A stretch of DNA of 64,000 nt from an uncultured Elusimicrobia bacterium (GCA_964600165.1 CAZRIP010000004.1:5883-69882); one strand, 5' to 3'. Positions 18,729-29,419 are shown, counted from the stretch's first letter. The notes: a model not told the origin generated them from the sequence alone. Numbers and translations: made by a program.

Positions 18729-19879
18729 CCCTCGCGCTGATCGCCGTCTTGGCCGCCGTCTTCGGCGCGGCGCTCGCCGGCGCCGCGTTTTATCTCGTCT
18801 TCTTCTCGTCGCAGAAAAACGAGGACGCCCGGCGCGAGCAGTATAAGCAGGAACTGCGGCAGCTCCTCGAGCTCGCCGAGCAGAAGTTCGAGACCGAGCG
18901 CGTCAAGCAGCGCTCCGAGCTCGACGCACGGCGCCAAGGCGTCGAGACCGCCGTCGAGAAGCTCTCCGGGCAGCTCACGGACTACCGCAAGATCATGGAG
19001 GGCTTCGAGGCCGAGCGCCGCCAGAAGTACGGCTCGCTCGAGCAGAGCTTGAAAGACGCCGCCGAGAACACCAACAAGCTCGCGGCGACGACGGACGGGC
19101 TGCGCGCGCTCTTGGACAACTCTCGCGCGCGCGGGCAGTGGGGCGAGCGCATGGCCGACGACATCCTGCGCGCCTCCGGCCTGCAGGAGAACGTCCAGTA
19201 TCTCAAGAACCGCGCGCAGGAGACCTCGGCGACGCGCCCCGATTTCACGTTTCTTCTCCCGGACGACCATCGCTTGAACATGGACGTCAAGTTTCCCCTT
19301 GATAACTATCTCCGCATGACGAGCGCCAAGACCGACGACGAGCGCGCGCGCTTAAAGAACGATTTCTTGAAGGACGTGAAGGCGCGCATCAAGGAGATCC
19401 AGAAGCGCGACTACATCAACCCGGCGGAAAAGACCCTCGACTACGTGCTCCTCTTCATCCCGAACGAGCAGGTCTACGGCTTCGTCCAGGAGGCGCTGCC
19501 GGGCTTGATCGACGAGGCGCTCGCGCAGAAGGTCGTCTTGTGCTCGCCGTTCACGCTCTACGCCGTGCTTTCAGTGGTGCGGCAGGCCTTCGACAACTTC
19601 TTCTTCGCTCAGAGGACGCAAGAGGTCTTGAAGCTCATCACGACCTTCGCCTCGGCCTACGAGCGCTTTCGGGACCGCTTCGCCGAGCTCGGCGAGAAGC
19701 TTTCAAAGACGACGGACTTATATCACGACATCTCGGACAAGAGCTTTAGGCAACTGGAAACGGCTGTTTCTAAGATCGAGAAGGTCCGCAAGGGGCAAGC
19801 CGAAGAAGAGCCCTCAGTTCCCGATCAGCCGCCTCTTCTTCCGAAGGGCGCTACAGAACCCGCCAAGCCTCGGGATTAG
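18725..19879 (+). CDS. rmuC: DNA recombination protein RmuC
   Basis: ATGA overlap with the upstream gene. N-terminal transmembrane helix, a long coiled coil, and the conserved RmuC C-terminal core (DYVLLFIPNEQVYGFVQE...LCSPFTLYAVL). Confidence 0.75.
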   Translation: MTLALIAVLAAVFGAALAGAAFYLVFFSSQKNEDARREQYKQELRQLLELAEQKFETERVKQRSELDARRQGVETAVEKLSGQLTDYRKIMEGFEAERRQKYGSLEQSLKDAAENTNKLAATTDGLRALLDNSRARGQWGERMADDILRASGLQENVQYLKNRAQETSATRPDFTFLLPDDHRLNMDVKFPLDNYLRMTSAKTDDERARLKNDFLKDVKARIKEIQKRDYINPAEKTLDYVLLFIPNEQVYGFVQEALPGLIDEALAQKVVLCSPFTLYAVLSVVRQAFDNFFFAQRTQEVLKLITTFASAYERFRDRFAELGEKLSKTTDLYHDISDKSFRQLETAVSKIEKVRKGQAEEEPSVPDQPPLLPKGATEPAKPRD

Positions 19880-20726
19880 CGAGCAGCGCGCCGCAGTCTT
19901 CCAGCCCCTGGTCGAACGCCTCCCGGCAGTGCGTCTTGTCGAAGCTCAGCGGCTTCATCGTGAGGGGCTTGGTCGGATGGAACACGTAGGCGCGCACGTC
20001 TTGGGTGTAGACGCGCAGGCCCTCGAGCGAGTGCTCGATCTGGCCTTGCAGCAGCTGATTTAAGAGCGTGGTGATGTAGGAGCGAAAGCCGAAGCGCGGC
20101 GCCTTGAGTTCGTCGGGGTGGACGATGCTCAAGAAAAGCAGGTCCTTGACGCCGCGCCGCAGCGCGGGGAAGAGGTTGATGAAGCTTTTCGCGTGGCCGT
20201 CCAAGAGCAGCCGCTCGCCGTGGCCGTTCAAGGGGATGCGCACGGGCGGCAGAACGAATGGGATCGAGATCGAGCCCATCACGTGATCCAAGAGCGGCCC
20301 GTCCCATGGTCCCGCGTCGTCGGGCGAGTAACAGGCCTGGTGCGTCGTGCCGCTGGCGATGTCGGTGGAGACCACGTAGAACCAGCAGCGCTTGAGCCTT
20401 TTCGCGCGCTCCTCGTCGATGTGCTGGCCGAGGTAGCGCCTGAGGTGGGGCTGCGAAAAGATGCTCATCGGCAAGAGGCCGGGGCGCAAGCGGAAGAACT
20501 CGCCGCGATCCATGTTGCGCCAGACTTTCCACATGCGCTCCATCGTGTCCTGGAAATACCCGCAGCCGTTCAAGGCGCCGATGCTCGTGCCGAAGACGGA
20601 GTGAAAGCCCAGGCCCTTCTGCACGAGGCCGTAGAGGCAGCCGGCCTGCCAGGCGCCCAGCGCCGCGCCGCCGGACAGGATCAGGCCGGTGGGACGGGAG
20701 CCGAGAGGATGGGAGGTGTGGTCCAT
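19851..20726 (-). CDS. Patatin-like phospholipase
   Basis: Oxyanion and nucleophile motifs LILSGGAALGAWQAG...GTSIGALNG. The conserved Asp region is DGH. Confidence 0.8.
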   Translation of the reverse strand: MDHTSHPLGSRPTGLILSGGAALGAWQAGCLYGLVQKGLGFHSVFGTSIGALNGCGYFQDTMERMWKVWRNMDRGEFFRLRPGLLPMSIFSQPHLRRYLGQHIDEERAKRLKRCWFYVVSTDIASGTTHQACYSPDDAGPWDGPLLDHVMGSISIPFVLPPVRIPLNGHGERLLLDGHAKSFINLFPALRRGVKDLLFLSIVHPDELKAPRFGFRSYITTLLNQLLQGQIEHSLEGLRVYTQDVRAYVFHPTKPLTMKPLSFDKTHCREAFDQGLEDCGALLANPEAWRVL

Positions 20727-20745
20727 GCGTGGGGAACCCTTCAAT

Positions 20746-20779
20746 GTATACATACTATGGGCGCCCATAGTATGTATAC
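20746..20779. repeat. 34-bp perfect palindrome GTATACATACTATGGGC|GCCCATAGTATGTATAC, AT-rich in a 70% GC context
   Basis: Read directly. It lies between the stop of the adenosine-deaminase-like gene and 19 bp upstream of the patatin ATG. Confidence 0.9.
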
Positions 20780-20781
20780 GA

Positions 20782-22344
20782 TTATTTTTCTAAGTGAAGC
20801 TCGACGGGCTCCGGAGCCTGCAGCGCCGAGGGAGCGATCTTGAAGCGCCGAAAGTCAGACGACTTCTCGAATTTATCGATGCGCCGATCGAGGTCCTTCA
20901 AGAGCCGCGCCTTGGTCGCGTCGTCGACGAACGAGCTGCGGACGCCGTTGCGCGACATCTCCTTGAGCTGGTCCCAGGAAAGGCCGAACTGCGACTGCGA
21001 GAGACGGTACTCGTCCGACAAAGTGGAGCCGAACACGCCCGGGTCGTCGGTGTCGGGGACGATCGGCACGCCCCAGGCGAGGAGCTTGGGCTCCGGGTGC
21101 TTCGAGAGATCGGTCTGCACGAGCGTCTTCTCGTTGGAGATCAGGCTGACCTCGACCGGAATCTTGTTCTCGTAGAGGACGGCCTCGGCGAGCGGGTCCT
21201 CCTCGACGTGCGTGGCGTGGCCGTAGCGCTTGGGGTTCAAGAGCAGATCGTTGACGATGTTGGACGCCGTGCCCGCCTGCTCGCCGGCGTGCAGCGTCAC
21301 TTGCAGGCGCGCTAGCTTCTCGCGCAGCGGCTTGAAGGCCTCATAGTGGTCGAGCGGAGGCATCCGCTCGTCGGCCACCATGTTGAAGCCGACGACCTCG
21401 GGATAGAGCTGCCGGGCTTTCGCGATCGCGGCCTCGTCTTGCTCCATGCTCGAGTACCAGCCGTCGTAGGCGAGCAGGCGCAGCGTGACTCCCGTCTCCT
21501 TCTCGACTTTTTTGGCGGCCGCGACGGCCCACTCCTGCGCCTCAGGCGGATTGCCCGACACGAGGAGCTCGAGATAGACGATGTTCTGCGCCTTGGCGTA
21601 CTCGGCCAGGTACTTCATCATCAGGTACTGCGCCTTCTCGTTGTTTGTGATCGGCCCGATGACCTTCCACTTGTCGAGGAACTGCGGAAACGTCTCGCCG
21701 TCCTTGGTGACGAGGGAGGCGGCGAGGTCCGAGCGCAGCTTGGCCGGCAGGTCGGCGACGGCGAGCTCCTTTTTGTCCGCCGGCACGCCGTAGGCGGCGA
21801 GATCGGCGAGCCGCATGACCTTGAGGATGCCGTCGACGGGGAGCTTGACGCCCAGTTGCTCTCCGATCTCGAGGAGCTTGTCGCCGGGGATCGCGCCGGT
21901 CAGGTGAAGATGCAGCTCGGCGCCCTTGGGCATGAGCCGGAAGAACTCGGCGCGCTGCGCGTCCGTCATGCGCGCGAAATCGACCGTCTGCCCGGACTTC
22001 GGGGCCGCTTTCGCCATGGCGTCCAGGAAAACCTTGACCTTCGCCGCGTAATCCGGGCCGAAGCGCCGAGCGTACGCGTCTTGAATGGAGGAATAGAACT
22101 GCCCGGGGGCCAGCTCGCCTTCCCAGACCTTCTTGCGCAGCGCGAGCACGTCGTCGTTGGCGCGCTTGAGCGAGTCTTCGTCGACGTCGGGATAGACGCG
22201 GCCGTCCGGCGCGCCCTGTTGGTCTTTCGCCTGATCCCACCGCGTGCGGTCCTTGGCGACCTGGTTTTCCGGGGGCTCGCCCTGAGCGAAGGACGGGGCG
22301 GCGGCGAAGAGCAGCGCGGCGGCGGCCGCGACGAGTCGGGGCAT
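20782..22344 (-). CDS. Secreted adenosine/adenine deaminase-family metallohydrolase (ADGF-like architecture)
   Basis: Signal peptide MPRLVAAAAALLFAAAPSFAQG. ADA-family motifs LHLHLTGA, VTLHAGEQ and VPDTDDPGVF. Confidence 0.6.
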   Translation of the reverse strand: MPRLVAAAAALLFAAAPSFAQGEPPENQVAKDRTRWDQAKDQQGAPDGRVYPDVDEDSLKRANDDVLALRKKVWEGELAPGQFYSSIQDAYARRFGPDYAAKVKVFLDAMAKAAPKSGQTVDFARMTDAQRAEFFRLMPKGAELHLHLTGAIPGDKLLEIGEQLGVKLPVDGILKVMRLADLAAYGVPADKKELAVADLPAKLRSDLAASLVTKDGETFPQFLDKWKVIGPITNNEKAQYLMMKYLAEYAKAQNIVYLELLVSGNPPEAQEWAVAAAKKVEKETGVTLRLLAYDGWYSSMEQDEAAIAKARQLYPEVVGFNMVADERMPPLDHYEAFKPLREKLARLQVTLHAGEQAGTASNIVNDLLLNPKRYGHATHVEEDPLAEAVLYENKIPVEVSLISNEKTLVQTDLSKHPEPKLLAWGVPIVPDTDDPGVFGSTLSDEYRLSQSQFGLSWDQLKEMSRNGVRSSFVDDATKARLLKDLDRRIDKFEKSSDFRRFKIAPSALQAPEPVELHLEK

Positions 22345-22478
22345 CCGCGTAGTATAAAAGGAATGGCGGGCTTTGGCCAGGGTCGTTTGGTCCCCGGCGG
22401 CAAGGGTCTAATGACGGCGCGTTCGCGCGCGGGTTCTCCGCCCGAGCGATCGCCGCAAACCGCTATAATCCCATGTAA

Positions 22479-23818
<1,340 letters not shown>

Positions 23819-23819
<1 letters not shown>

Positions 23820-24472
23820 TGGTCATCAAGGGTTATCTCGGCGTCGCCGGCACGATCGGCGTCGGCAAGTCGACCTTGACGGTCGAGTTGTCGGAGGCGC
23901 TCGGCTTCGAGCCGGCGCTGGAAGACGCGGGCGCCAACCCTTATCTGCCCGGTTTCTACGAGGACATGCGCGGCAACGTGACGAAGATGCAGATCTGGTT
24001 CTTGAGCCACCGCGTGACCGAGCACCGCCGCATCGCGCGGCGCATCCGCGAGGGCGTCGCCAGGGGCGTCGTCAAGGACCGCACGGTCTGGGAGGACATC
24101 GTCTTCGCGAAGATGTTCAACAAGGGGCCCGAAAAAATCCTGTCGGACCTCGACTACCAGACTTACCTCGGGCTCTTCGAGAACATGGTGCTCCACGAGC
24201 CGCTCTTCCCGGAGCTCTTGATCCACTTGGACTGCAAGCCCGAGACCGCGCTCGCGCGCATCCACCGCCGCGGCCGGCCGATGGAGCAGGGCATCACGCT
24301 CGAGTACCTGACCTCGCTGCGCGCGGCCTACGCCGAGTTCTTGGACGAGATGAAGAAGTACGGGGTGGGCGTCCTGCGCGTCGACTGGGAAGAGTTCATG
24401 CCGCTCGCGGATCTCGTCAAGGAAGTGCAGCGGTTTAGGGGCCCATCAAAACTCTTTCCGGCAAGAGTTTGA
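23819..24472 (+). CDS. Deoxynucleoside kinase (dAK/dGK/dCK family)
   Basis: GTG start overlapping the purA stop. P-loop GVAGTIGVGKST and a dNK-like ERS/DR core. Confidence 0.7.
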
Positions 24473-24500
24473 CTCACCATCCGCCACGTGGCGGATGATC

Positions 24501-24542
24501 GAAAAAAGAAGACCCCCGCATCGCTGCGGGGGTCTCTTTTTG
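24501..24542. terminator. Bidirectional rho-independent terminator (stem GACCCCCGCA/TGCGGGGGTC, A-run 5' and T-run 3')
   Basis: A perfect 10-bp GC stem with a TCGC loop, flanked by GAAAAAAGAA and TCTTTTTG. It serves convergent dNK (+) and csp (-). A second palindrome CCGCCACGTGGCGG lies at 24481-24494. Confidence 0.7.
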
Positions 24543-24557
24543 TGTCGGTCGGATCAG

Positions 24558-24764
24558 TTAGATCTTGACGACGTTGGCGGCCTTCGGGCCCTTGTCCGAT
24601 TGCATCACGTCGAACGTGACCGCCTGGTTCTCCGCCAGGCTCTTGAAACCGGAGCCCTGGATCGCCGTGTGGTGGACGAAAACATCGGCGCTACCGTCAT
24701 CGGGCGTGATGAAGCCGTAGCCCTTCTGGTCGTTGAACCACTTAACCTTGCCATTCATGCTCAT
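24558..24764 (-). CDS. cspA: Cold-shock protein (CspA family)
   Basis: [19 protein letters not shown]...DVFVHHTAI. The start overlaps the upstream kinase stop as ATGA. An alternative ATG at 24758 gives the canonical MNGKVKWF N-terminus. Confidence 0.9.
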   Translation of the reverse strand: MSMNGKVKWFNDQKGYGFITPDDGSADVFVHHTAIQGSGFKSLAENQAVTFDVMQSDKGPKAANVVKI

Positions 24765-25606
24765 GTGCTTGTATTACCTCTACTGTATCCGACTTGCCTT
24801 TCGGCAGCCCCATTCGGGGGTTGTTGAATTATACCATTTCCCGGCGGAAAGGGAGTCGGAAGGAGCACGGTGAAAGCGGCGCCCTTGCCGGGCTCGCCGA
24901 CGGCGTCGATCGCGCCGCCGTGGCGCAGCGCGATGCGCGCGCAGATCGCCAGGCCGATGCCGGTGCCGTCGTAGTCCGCGCGGCTATGGAGGCGCTGGAA
25001 CGGCTTTAGGATGTGCTCGGCGTAGCGCTGCTCGAAGCCGATGCCGTTGTCGGCGACCGTGATCTCGCAGAAGCCGTCGCCGCGGTCGCGTCCGCGCACG
25101 ACGACGACGGGCGCCGCGTCCTTCTTGCGGAACTTGAGCGCGTTGCCGATCAGATTGACGAGCAATTGGCGCAGCTGCGTCGGGTCGCCGCGCAGGCGCG
25201 GCATGGGGCCGATCTCGACGGTCCCGCCGGAGCGCGCCGCCAGCGTCTCCAGGTCGCCCAGCGCCTCGCGCGCGAGCCGTCCGCCGTCGACGCTCTCGAA
25301 CGCGCGGTGAGAGGTCGTCACCCGCGAGAGCGCGAGCAGGTCCTTGATCAGGCGGCGCATCCAATCGACCGAGCCGACCATGCGCGCGAGAATGTCGGCG
25401 CACTCGGGGTCGAGGGCGGGGCCGGCCCTCATGTGCAAGAACTCCGCGAAGGCCGCCACCTTGTTGAGCGGTTCCTGCAGGTCGTGCGAGGCGATGAACG
25501 CGAATTGGGCGAGCTCGGCGTTGGAGCGCGCGAGCTCCTCGTTGATCAAGCGCAGCTCGCGCTGCGCGGCTTCCTCGGCCCGGTCGACGGGCATCGGTTT
25601 CCCCAC
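24761..25606 (-). CDS. Cytoplasmic histidine kinase (coiled coil, HisKA, HATPase_c) with no sensor or transmembrane domain
   Basis: H-box [17 protein letters not shown]-box [12 protein letters not shown]-boxes DNGIGF and [11 protein letters not shown]-terminal tail of about 30 aa extends across the csp leader. Confidence 0.75.
   Translation of the reverse strand: MGKPMPVDRAEEAAQRELRLINEELARSNAELAQFAFIASHDLQEPLNKVAAFAEFLHMRAGPALDPECADILARMVGSVDWMRRLIKDLLALSRVTTSHRAFESVDGGRLAREALGDLETLAARSGGTVEIGPMPRLRGDPTQLRQLLVNLIGNALKFRKKDAAPVVVVRGRDRGDGFCEITVADNGIGFEQRYAEHILKPFQRLHSRADYDGTGIGLAICARIALRHGGAIDAVGEPGKGAAFTVLLPTPFPPGNGIIQQPPNGAAERQVGYSRGNTST
24828..24836 (-). promoter_or_regulatory. Extended -10 element (TGGTATAAT) of a csp promoter embedded in the 3' end of the kinase gene
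   Basis: The minus-strand sequence GGAAATGGTATAATTC lies about 70 nt upstream of the csp ATG. Confidence 0.4.
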
Positions 25607-25670
25607 GCCTTCAGTTTAGGAGCGGCGGGGGGCGCTCGCCAGCGGCGGCGCGTCAGCGGGCGTCAGCGCG

Positions 25671-26135
25671 TCAGGCTTTGCGCGCCTTGCGGCGCGCCTG
25701 CGCGGCGGCGAAGCGCGCCTTCTCGTCCTTGGTCTCGACGAGCAATCCCGGCACTTGCGTCGGCTTGCTGTCCTTGCCGACGGCGACCATCGTCACGAGG
25801 CAGGAGTTGGTGTGCCTGCGGGTGTTGGCGGTCAGGTTCTCGGCGTAGACTTCGACGCCGACCTCGATCGAGCTGCGCCCGACGTAGTTGACCTGCGCCT
25901 CGGCGATCACGAGGTCGCCGACCTGGATCGGCACGAGGAACTCGACGCGGTCCATCGCCACGGTCACGCAGGACTGCCCGGCGTGGCGCATCGCGCACAC
26001 GGCCGCGGCCTTGTCGACGAGAGCGAGGATCACGCCGCCGAAGACGGTGCCGCGGAAATTGGCGTCGGTCGGATACATGAGGTCCGAGAGCTGCGTGAAC
26101 GAGGCGCGGACCGGCTTATCGGCGGGCTCAGCCAC
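25671..26135 (-). CDS. Acyl-CoA thioesterase (hotdog fold, YciA-like)
   Basis: YPTDANFRGTVFGGVILALVDKAAAV...SIEVGVEVYAENL. Confidence 0.7.
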   Translation of the reverse strand: MAEPADKPVRASFTQLSDLMYPTDANFRGTVFGGVILALVDKAAAVCAMRHAGQSCVTVAMDRVEFLVPIQVGDLVIAEAQVNYVGRSSIEVGVEVYAENLTANTRRHTNSCLVTMVAVGKDSKPTQVPGLLVETKDEKARFAAAQARRKARKA

Positions 26136-26904
26136 GCTTGAAATAATACGCCGGGCGCCGGTCTTGGAAGAGATCGTTTTTCGGATGGACCTTCTTGTCC
26201 TTGGCCGTCCACGGGTCGGTGTCGACGACGAAGGCGCGGACGTCGTCGCCCAGTCGCGCGAGCAAACCCCCGTTGGGCGCGACGACCTGCGACTGGCCGA
26301 TGTAGCGCAGCCCGCGCTCGGCGCCGACGCGATTGGCCGTGGCGGAGTAGACGCGGTTCTCGAGGCTGCGGATCTTCATGCCCTCGGGGCCCCACGGCAG
26401 CACGAGGTTCGCCGAATGGGCGATCACCTGCGCGCCCTGAAGCGCCAGCGTGCGGGCCGACTCCGGAAAGAACCAGTCGAAGCAGATCATCACGCCGACC
26501 TTGACGCCCTTGACGTCGGCGGTCCAAAACCCCGTGTCGCCCGGCGCGAAGAACTTTTTCTCGTTCCCGAAGAGATGGGTCTTGCGATAGACGCGGGCTT
26601 TGGGGCCGTCGACGAGCATGGCCGAGTTGTAGAGCTTGGCGCCCGCTTTTTCGGCGAAGCCGGCCACCACGGCGCTGCGGTTGGCGGCCGTCCAGGCCTT
26701 GAGCACCTGCGCGAGCTCGCCGTCGGCGCGCTCGGCGCACTTGGCCGCCTCGGCCTTGGTCTTGAAGTTGTAGCCCGTGTGAAAGAGCTCGGGCAGCACC
26801 CAAAGGTCCGCGGTCAAGCGGTCCATCAGCTCGAGGGAGGCCGCGACGTTCGGCTTGGGCTTGAGGAACTTGGGGTTGTTTTGGACGACGCCGATGCGAA
26901 ACAT
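26128..26904 (-). CDS. Carbon-nitrogen hydrolase (nitrilase superfamily)
   Basis: MFRIGVVQNNP...LWVLPELFHTGY...catalytic EKK, Cys context MICFDWFFPE. Confidence 0.8.
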   Translation of the reverse strand: MFRIGVVQNNPKFLKPKPNVAASLELMDRLTADLWVLPELFHTGYNFKTKAEAAKCAERADGELAQVLKAWTAANRSAVVAGFAEKAGAKLYNSAMLVDGPKARVYRKTHLFGNEKKFFAPGDTGFWTADVKGVKVGVMICFDWFFPESARTLALQGAQVIAHSANLVLPWGPEGMKIRSLENRVYSATANRVGAERGLRYIGQSQVVAPNGGLLARLGDDVRAFVVDTDPWTAKDKKVHPKNDLFQDRRPAYYFKRG

Positions 26905-26915
26905 CGCGCCATCTT

Positions 26916-26947
26916 AACAAAAACCCAGCCCCCTTTTGGGGGCTGGG
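26916..26947 (-). terminator. Intrinsic-terminator-like hairpin (CCCAGCCCCC-TTTT-GGGGGCTGGG) with a U-tract on the minus strand
   Basis: A perfect 10-bp stem followed on the minus strand by TTTTTGTT. It ends 11 nt upstream of the CN-hydrolase ATG. Confidence 0.5.
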
Positions 26948-27149
26948 TGGTCCTGGATCATCCGGGATCCCGTCGGGCTCGCGCTCTTCGGGTAGGAGGA
27001 CGATCGATGTCTTGATGAGTGTAGAGGCAAAGCGCGGCCGCCGCCTGAGACGATGGGTGGAGGCGCATCTAGGTCCAAAGGCCTAGGGAACTTTGATGCG
27101 TTTGTGAGTTTGTGAGGGTCTGACCCCCCATATTTAATAGAATCCCGCG

Positions 27150-27974
27150 ATGACCAAGCGCGAGATCTCGTATTGGTGGCGCACGCACTGCGAGGACGAC
27201 CCGCAGGGCCGCCCCGCCCAGCAGCTCAAGGCCCAGCTCGACGCCGTGGAGCGGTTCCTCGCGCTCGAGCCGCGCTCGCGCGTGATGGACCTCGCTTGCG
27301 GGCGCGGCCGCCAGACTTTGGAGCTCGCGCGCCGCGGCCATCGCGTGCTCGGTATCGACCCCGATGACGCCGCGCTCGCGCAGGCGCGCCAGGCCGCGCG
27401 CGGAGAGCGCCTCAACGTCCATTTCCTAAAGAACGACATCCGCCAGATCACGTACCGGGCGGAGTTCGACGCCGTGATCAATCTCTTCACGTCGTTCGGC
27501 TATTTCCCGAGCGAACGCGACGACTTGCGCGCGCTCGAGTCCGTCGCGCGCGCGCTCAAGCCGGGCGGACGCCTGCTGCTCGACTTGCTCAATAAGGAAT
27601 GGCTGATGCGCCACTTCGATCCCAACGCCTGGGAGCAGGCCGAGGGCGGCCGCGGCGCGGTCGCGCTCGACGACATCTCGTTTAACTTCGAGACCGGGCG
27701 GCTCGAGAACCGCCGCACGATCATCAACAAGGACGGCAGCCGCTCGCCGGTCTTTATCAGCGTGCGCGTCTACACGCTCACCGAGATCAAGTCCCTGCTC
27801 GCGCGCGCGGGGCTCACCTATCGCCAGAGCTTCGGCGGCTTCGAGGGCGTGCCTTACGGGATGGACAGCCCGCGGCTGATCGTGCTCGCCGAGCGCGCGC
27901 ACGATCGCCGCCCTGCCAAGAAGCCCCAGGAGGTCTTGGTCACCGCGATCCGCATCAAGGGTCGCCGGCGGTGA
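27150..27974 (+). CDS. Class I SAM-dependent methyltransferase
   Basis: Motif I VMDLACGRGRQT and a post-I acidic residue (LGIDPDD). TAGAAT lies 8 nt upstream of the ATG. Confidence 0.8.
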   Translation: MTKREISYWWRTHCEDDPQGRPAQQLKAQLDAVERFLALEPRSRVMDLACGRGRQTLELARRGHRVLGIDPDDAALAQARQAARGERLNVHFLKNDIRQITYRAEFDAVINLFTSFGYFPSERDDLRALESVARALKPGGRLLLDLLNKEWLMRHFDPNAWEQAEGGRGAVALDDISFNFETGRLENRRTIINKDGSRSPVFISVRVYTLTEIKSLLARAGLTYRQSFGGFEGVPYGMDSPRLIVLAERAHDRRPAKKPQEVLVTAIRIKGRRR

Positions 27975-29419
27975 AAGGGCCGGACCGCCGCCGCCTGCTG
28001 GACGCGGGCGCGTGCTTGGCGGGGGTCGGAGTCGTCCTCGCGGTCTGGATCCCGCGCCTGCCCGCGGCTCCCGATTTCATCCTGACGCGCTCGACCGGCG
28101 ATTGGCTGCTGCTGCCGCTCGCGCGCGTTCTCGAGTCCCAGGCCGCCAGGGCGGGCGCGGCGTGGCTGGCGCTGCTCTTCATGGGCGGCTCGCTGTTATT
28201 GCCCGCGGCGGCTCTCTGGCGCTCGCGCCGGGAGCTTTTCTCGCGAAAGGAGACGGCGGTGAAGTGGGCGCTTTTCTCGCTCGGCGCGATCGCGCTTGTG
28301 ATTTGCGCGCGCTGGGGGGTCTCCTCCGCGGTCGACGTCGTCGAGAACGCCTGGTTCGCGCCGGAAAGCCTGCAGCCGGCCGAGCCGGCGCTTTTGCTTT
28401 TGATCGCTTGGGGCTTCGCGGCGCTTTTGTGGCGCGCCCTCGGCGGTTGGTGGGACCGGGTCTTTTTCCGCAAGATCGAGCGGTGGACTCTCGCTCTGGC
28501 CGTCTTCGCGTTCTTCATCGACATGATGGGGCGCGGGCTCTACGACGCCGGCAAGAGTAGCCTGGCCGAGGCCGCTAGGCTGCCGGTCCCCGAGCGCCGC
28601 GGGAGGCTCGTGCTGATCTTCAAGGAAGAGGAGAGGCGGCCGGCGGTCGAGCGCCACGAGATCCTGCTCGGCGTGCCCGAGAAGACCCAATACTCTTCCG
28701 ACTCGCTCGCGGCCGTGGAGGGCTACGCGTCGCGCCGCAAGACGGTGTTTCGACGCGCGGCTCTGCGTTATCTTTACGGCGGCTACACGCTTCAGATGGA
28801 CGCCGGAGGGCTGCGCCGCGTCCTCGCGCGCGGCGACCGGGACGGCGACGTTCTTGCGCGCGCGCTGCTGCTCGACAATCTCGCAGTCGCGCCGGTCGAC
28901 GACGCGGCGCGTTCTCTCTTTGCTTCCGTCTCCGACGAGCGACGGGTGCGCGTCGGCTCGTCCGGCGCGGCCCGGCTTTCGGCCGCGGCCGCGCATCTCG
29001 GTCTTTCGGAGGAAGCCGCGCGCTGGGAGCGGCGCGCCGCCGCCGGCCCCGACGCCGTCGCCCCGGGGCTGCTCGCTCGCGCGGGCGCGGGCGAGCCTTT
29101 GCGGGGCCGCGTCGACGTGCGCCTGCGCGGGCCCCGGGAGGGCCTGACGCTCGCGCTTTACGCGCGCCCGGCCGAGGGCGGGCCCTATTCCCTCGGCCCC
29201 GGCCAGCTCGTCGCCGACGCGCGGCCGGGCCGCGACGGGCGCGTGCGCTTCTCCGACCTCGCGGCCGGCGACTATTTTCTCGCGGTCGCCGTTGATTCTC
29301 AAGACGAGCAGCCGCCCCACCTCCGCGCGACGGGGAGATGGGGCGGCCTTCGGCTCTCGGCGCGCCGCCCGCGCGCCGAGGCGGAGCTGGTTTTGTCGCC
29401 TCAGTCCTCGACCGAGTAA
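27971..29419 (+). CDS. Hypothetical membrane protein with a C-terminal soluble domain (a possible carboxypeptidase-regulatory-like beta-sandwich at the end)
   Basis: GTG start overlapping the methyltransferase stop (GTGA). About 6 transmembrane helices in the first ~190 aa. The C-terminus reads ...GRDGRVRFSDLAAGDYFLAVAVDSQD. Confidence 0.45.
   Translation: MKGPDRRRLLDAGACLAGVGVVLAVWIPRLPAAPDFILTRSTGDWLLLPLARVLESQAARAGAAWLALLFMGGSLLLPAAALWRSRRELFSRKETAVKWALFSLGAIALVICARWGVSSAVDVVENAWFAPESLQPAEPALLLLIAWGFAALLWRALGGWWDRVFFRKIERWTLALAVFAFFIDMMGRGLYDAGKSSLAEAARLPVPERRGRLVLIFKEEERRPAVERHEILLGVPEKTQYSSDSLAAVEGYASRRKTVFRRAALRYLYGGYTLQMDAGGLRRVLARGDRDGDVLARALLLDNLAVAPVDDAARSLFASVSDERRVRVGSSGAARLSAAAAHLGLSEEAARWERRAAAGPDAVAPGLLARAGAGEPLRGRVDVRLRGPREGLTLALYARPAEGGPYSLGPGQLVADARPGRDGRVRFSDLAAGDYFLAVAVDSQDEQPPHLRATGRWGGLRLSARRPRAEAELVLSPQSSTE

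Noticed and set aside
20782-22344. Adenosine-deaminase-family gene as the RdrB component of a RADAR anti-phage system
   Set aside because: RdrB is about 800 aa and cytoplasmic, and is always paired with a roughly 900-aa RdrA ATPase. Here the protein is 520 aa with a signal peptide and no ATPase neighbour.
27069-27422. 117-aa minus-strand ORF overlapping the methyltransferase gene
   Set aside because: It is antisense to a well-supported methyltransferase CDS and has no domain signal. Only its extreme 3' end (26950-27149) is retained as a possible sRNA region in the findings.
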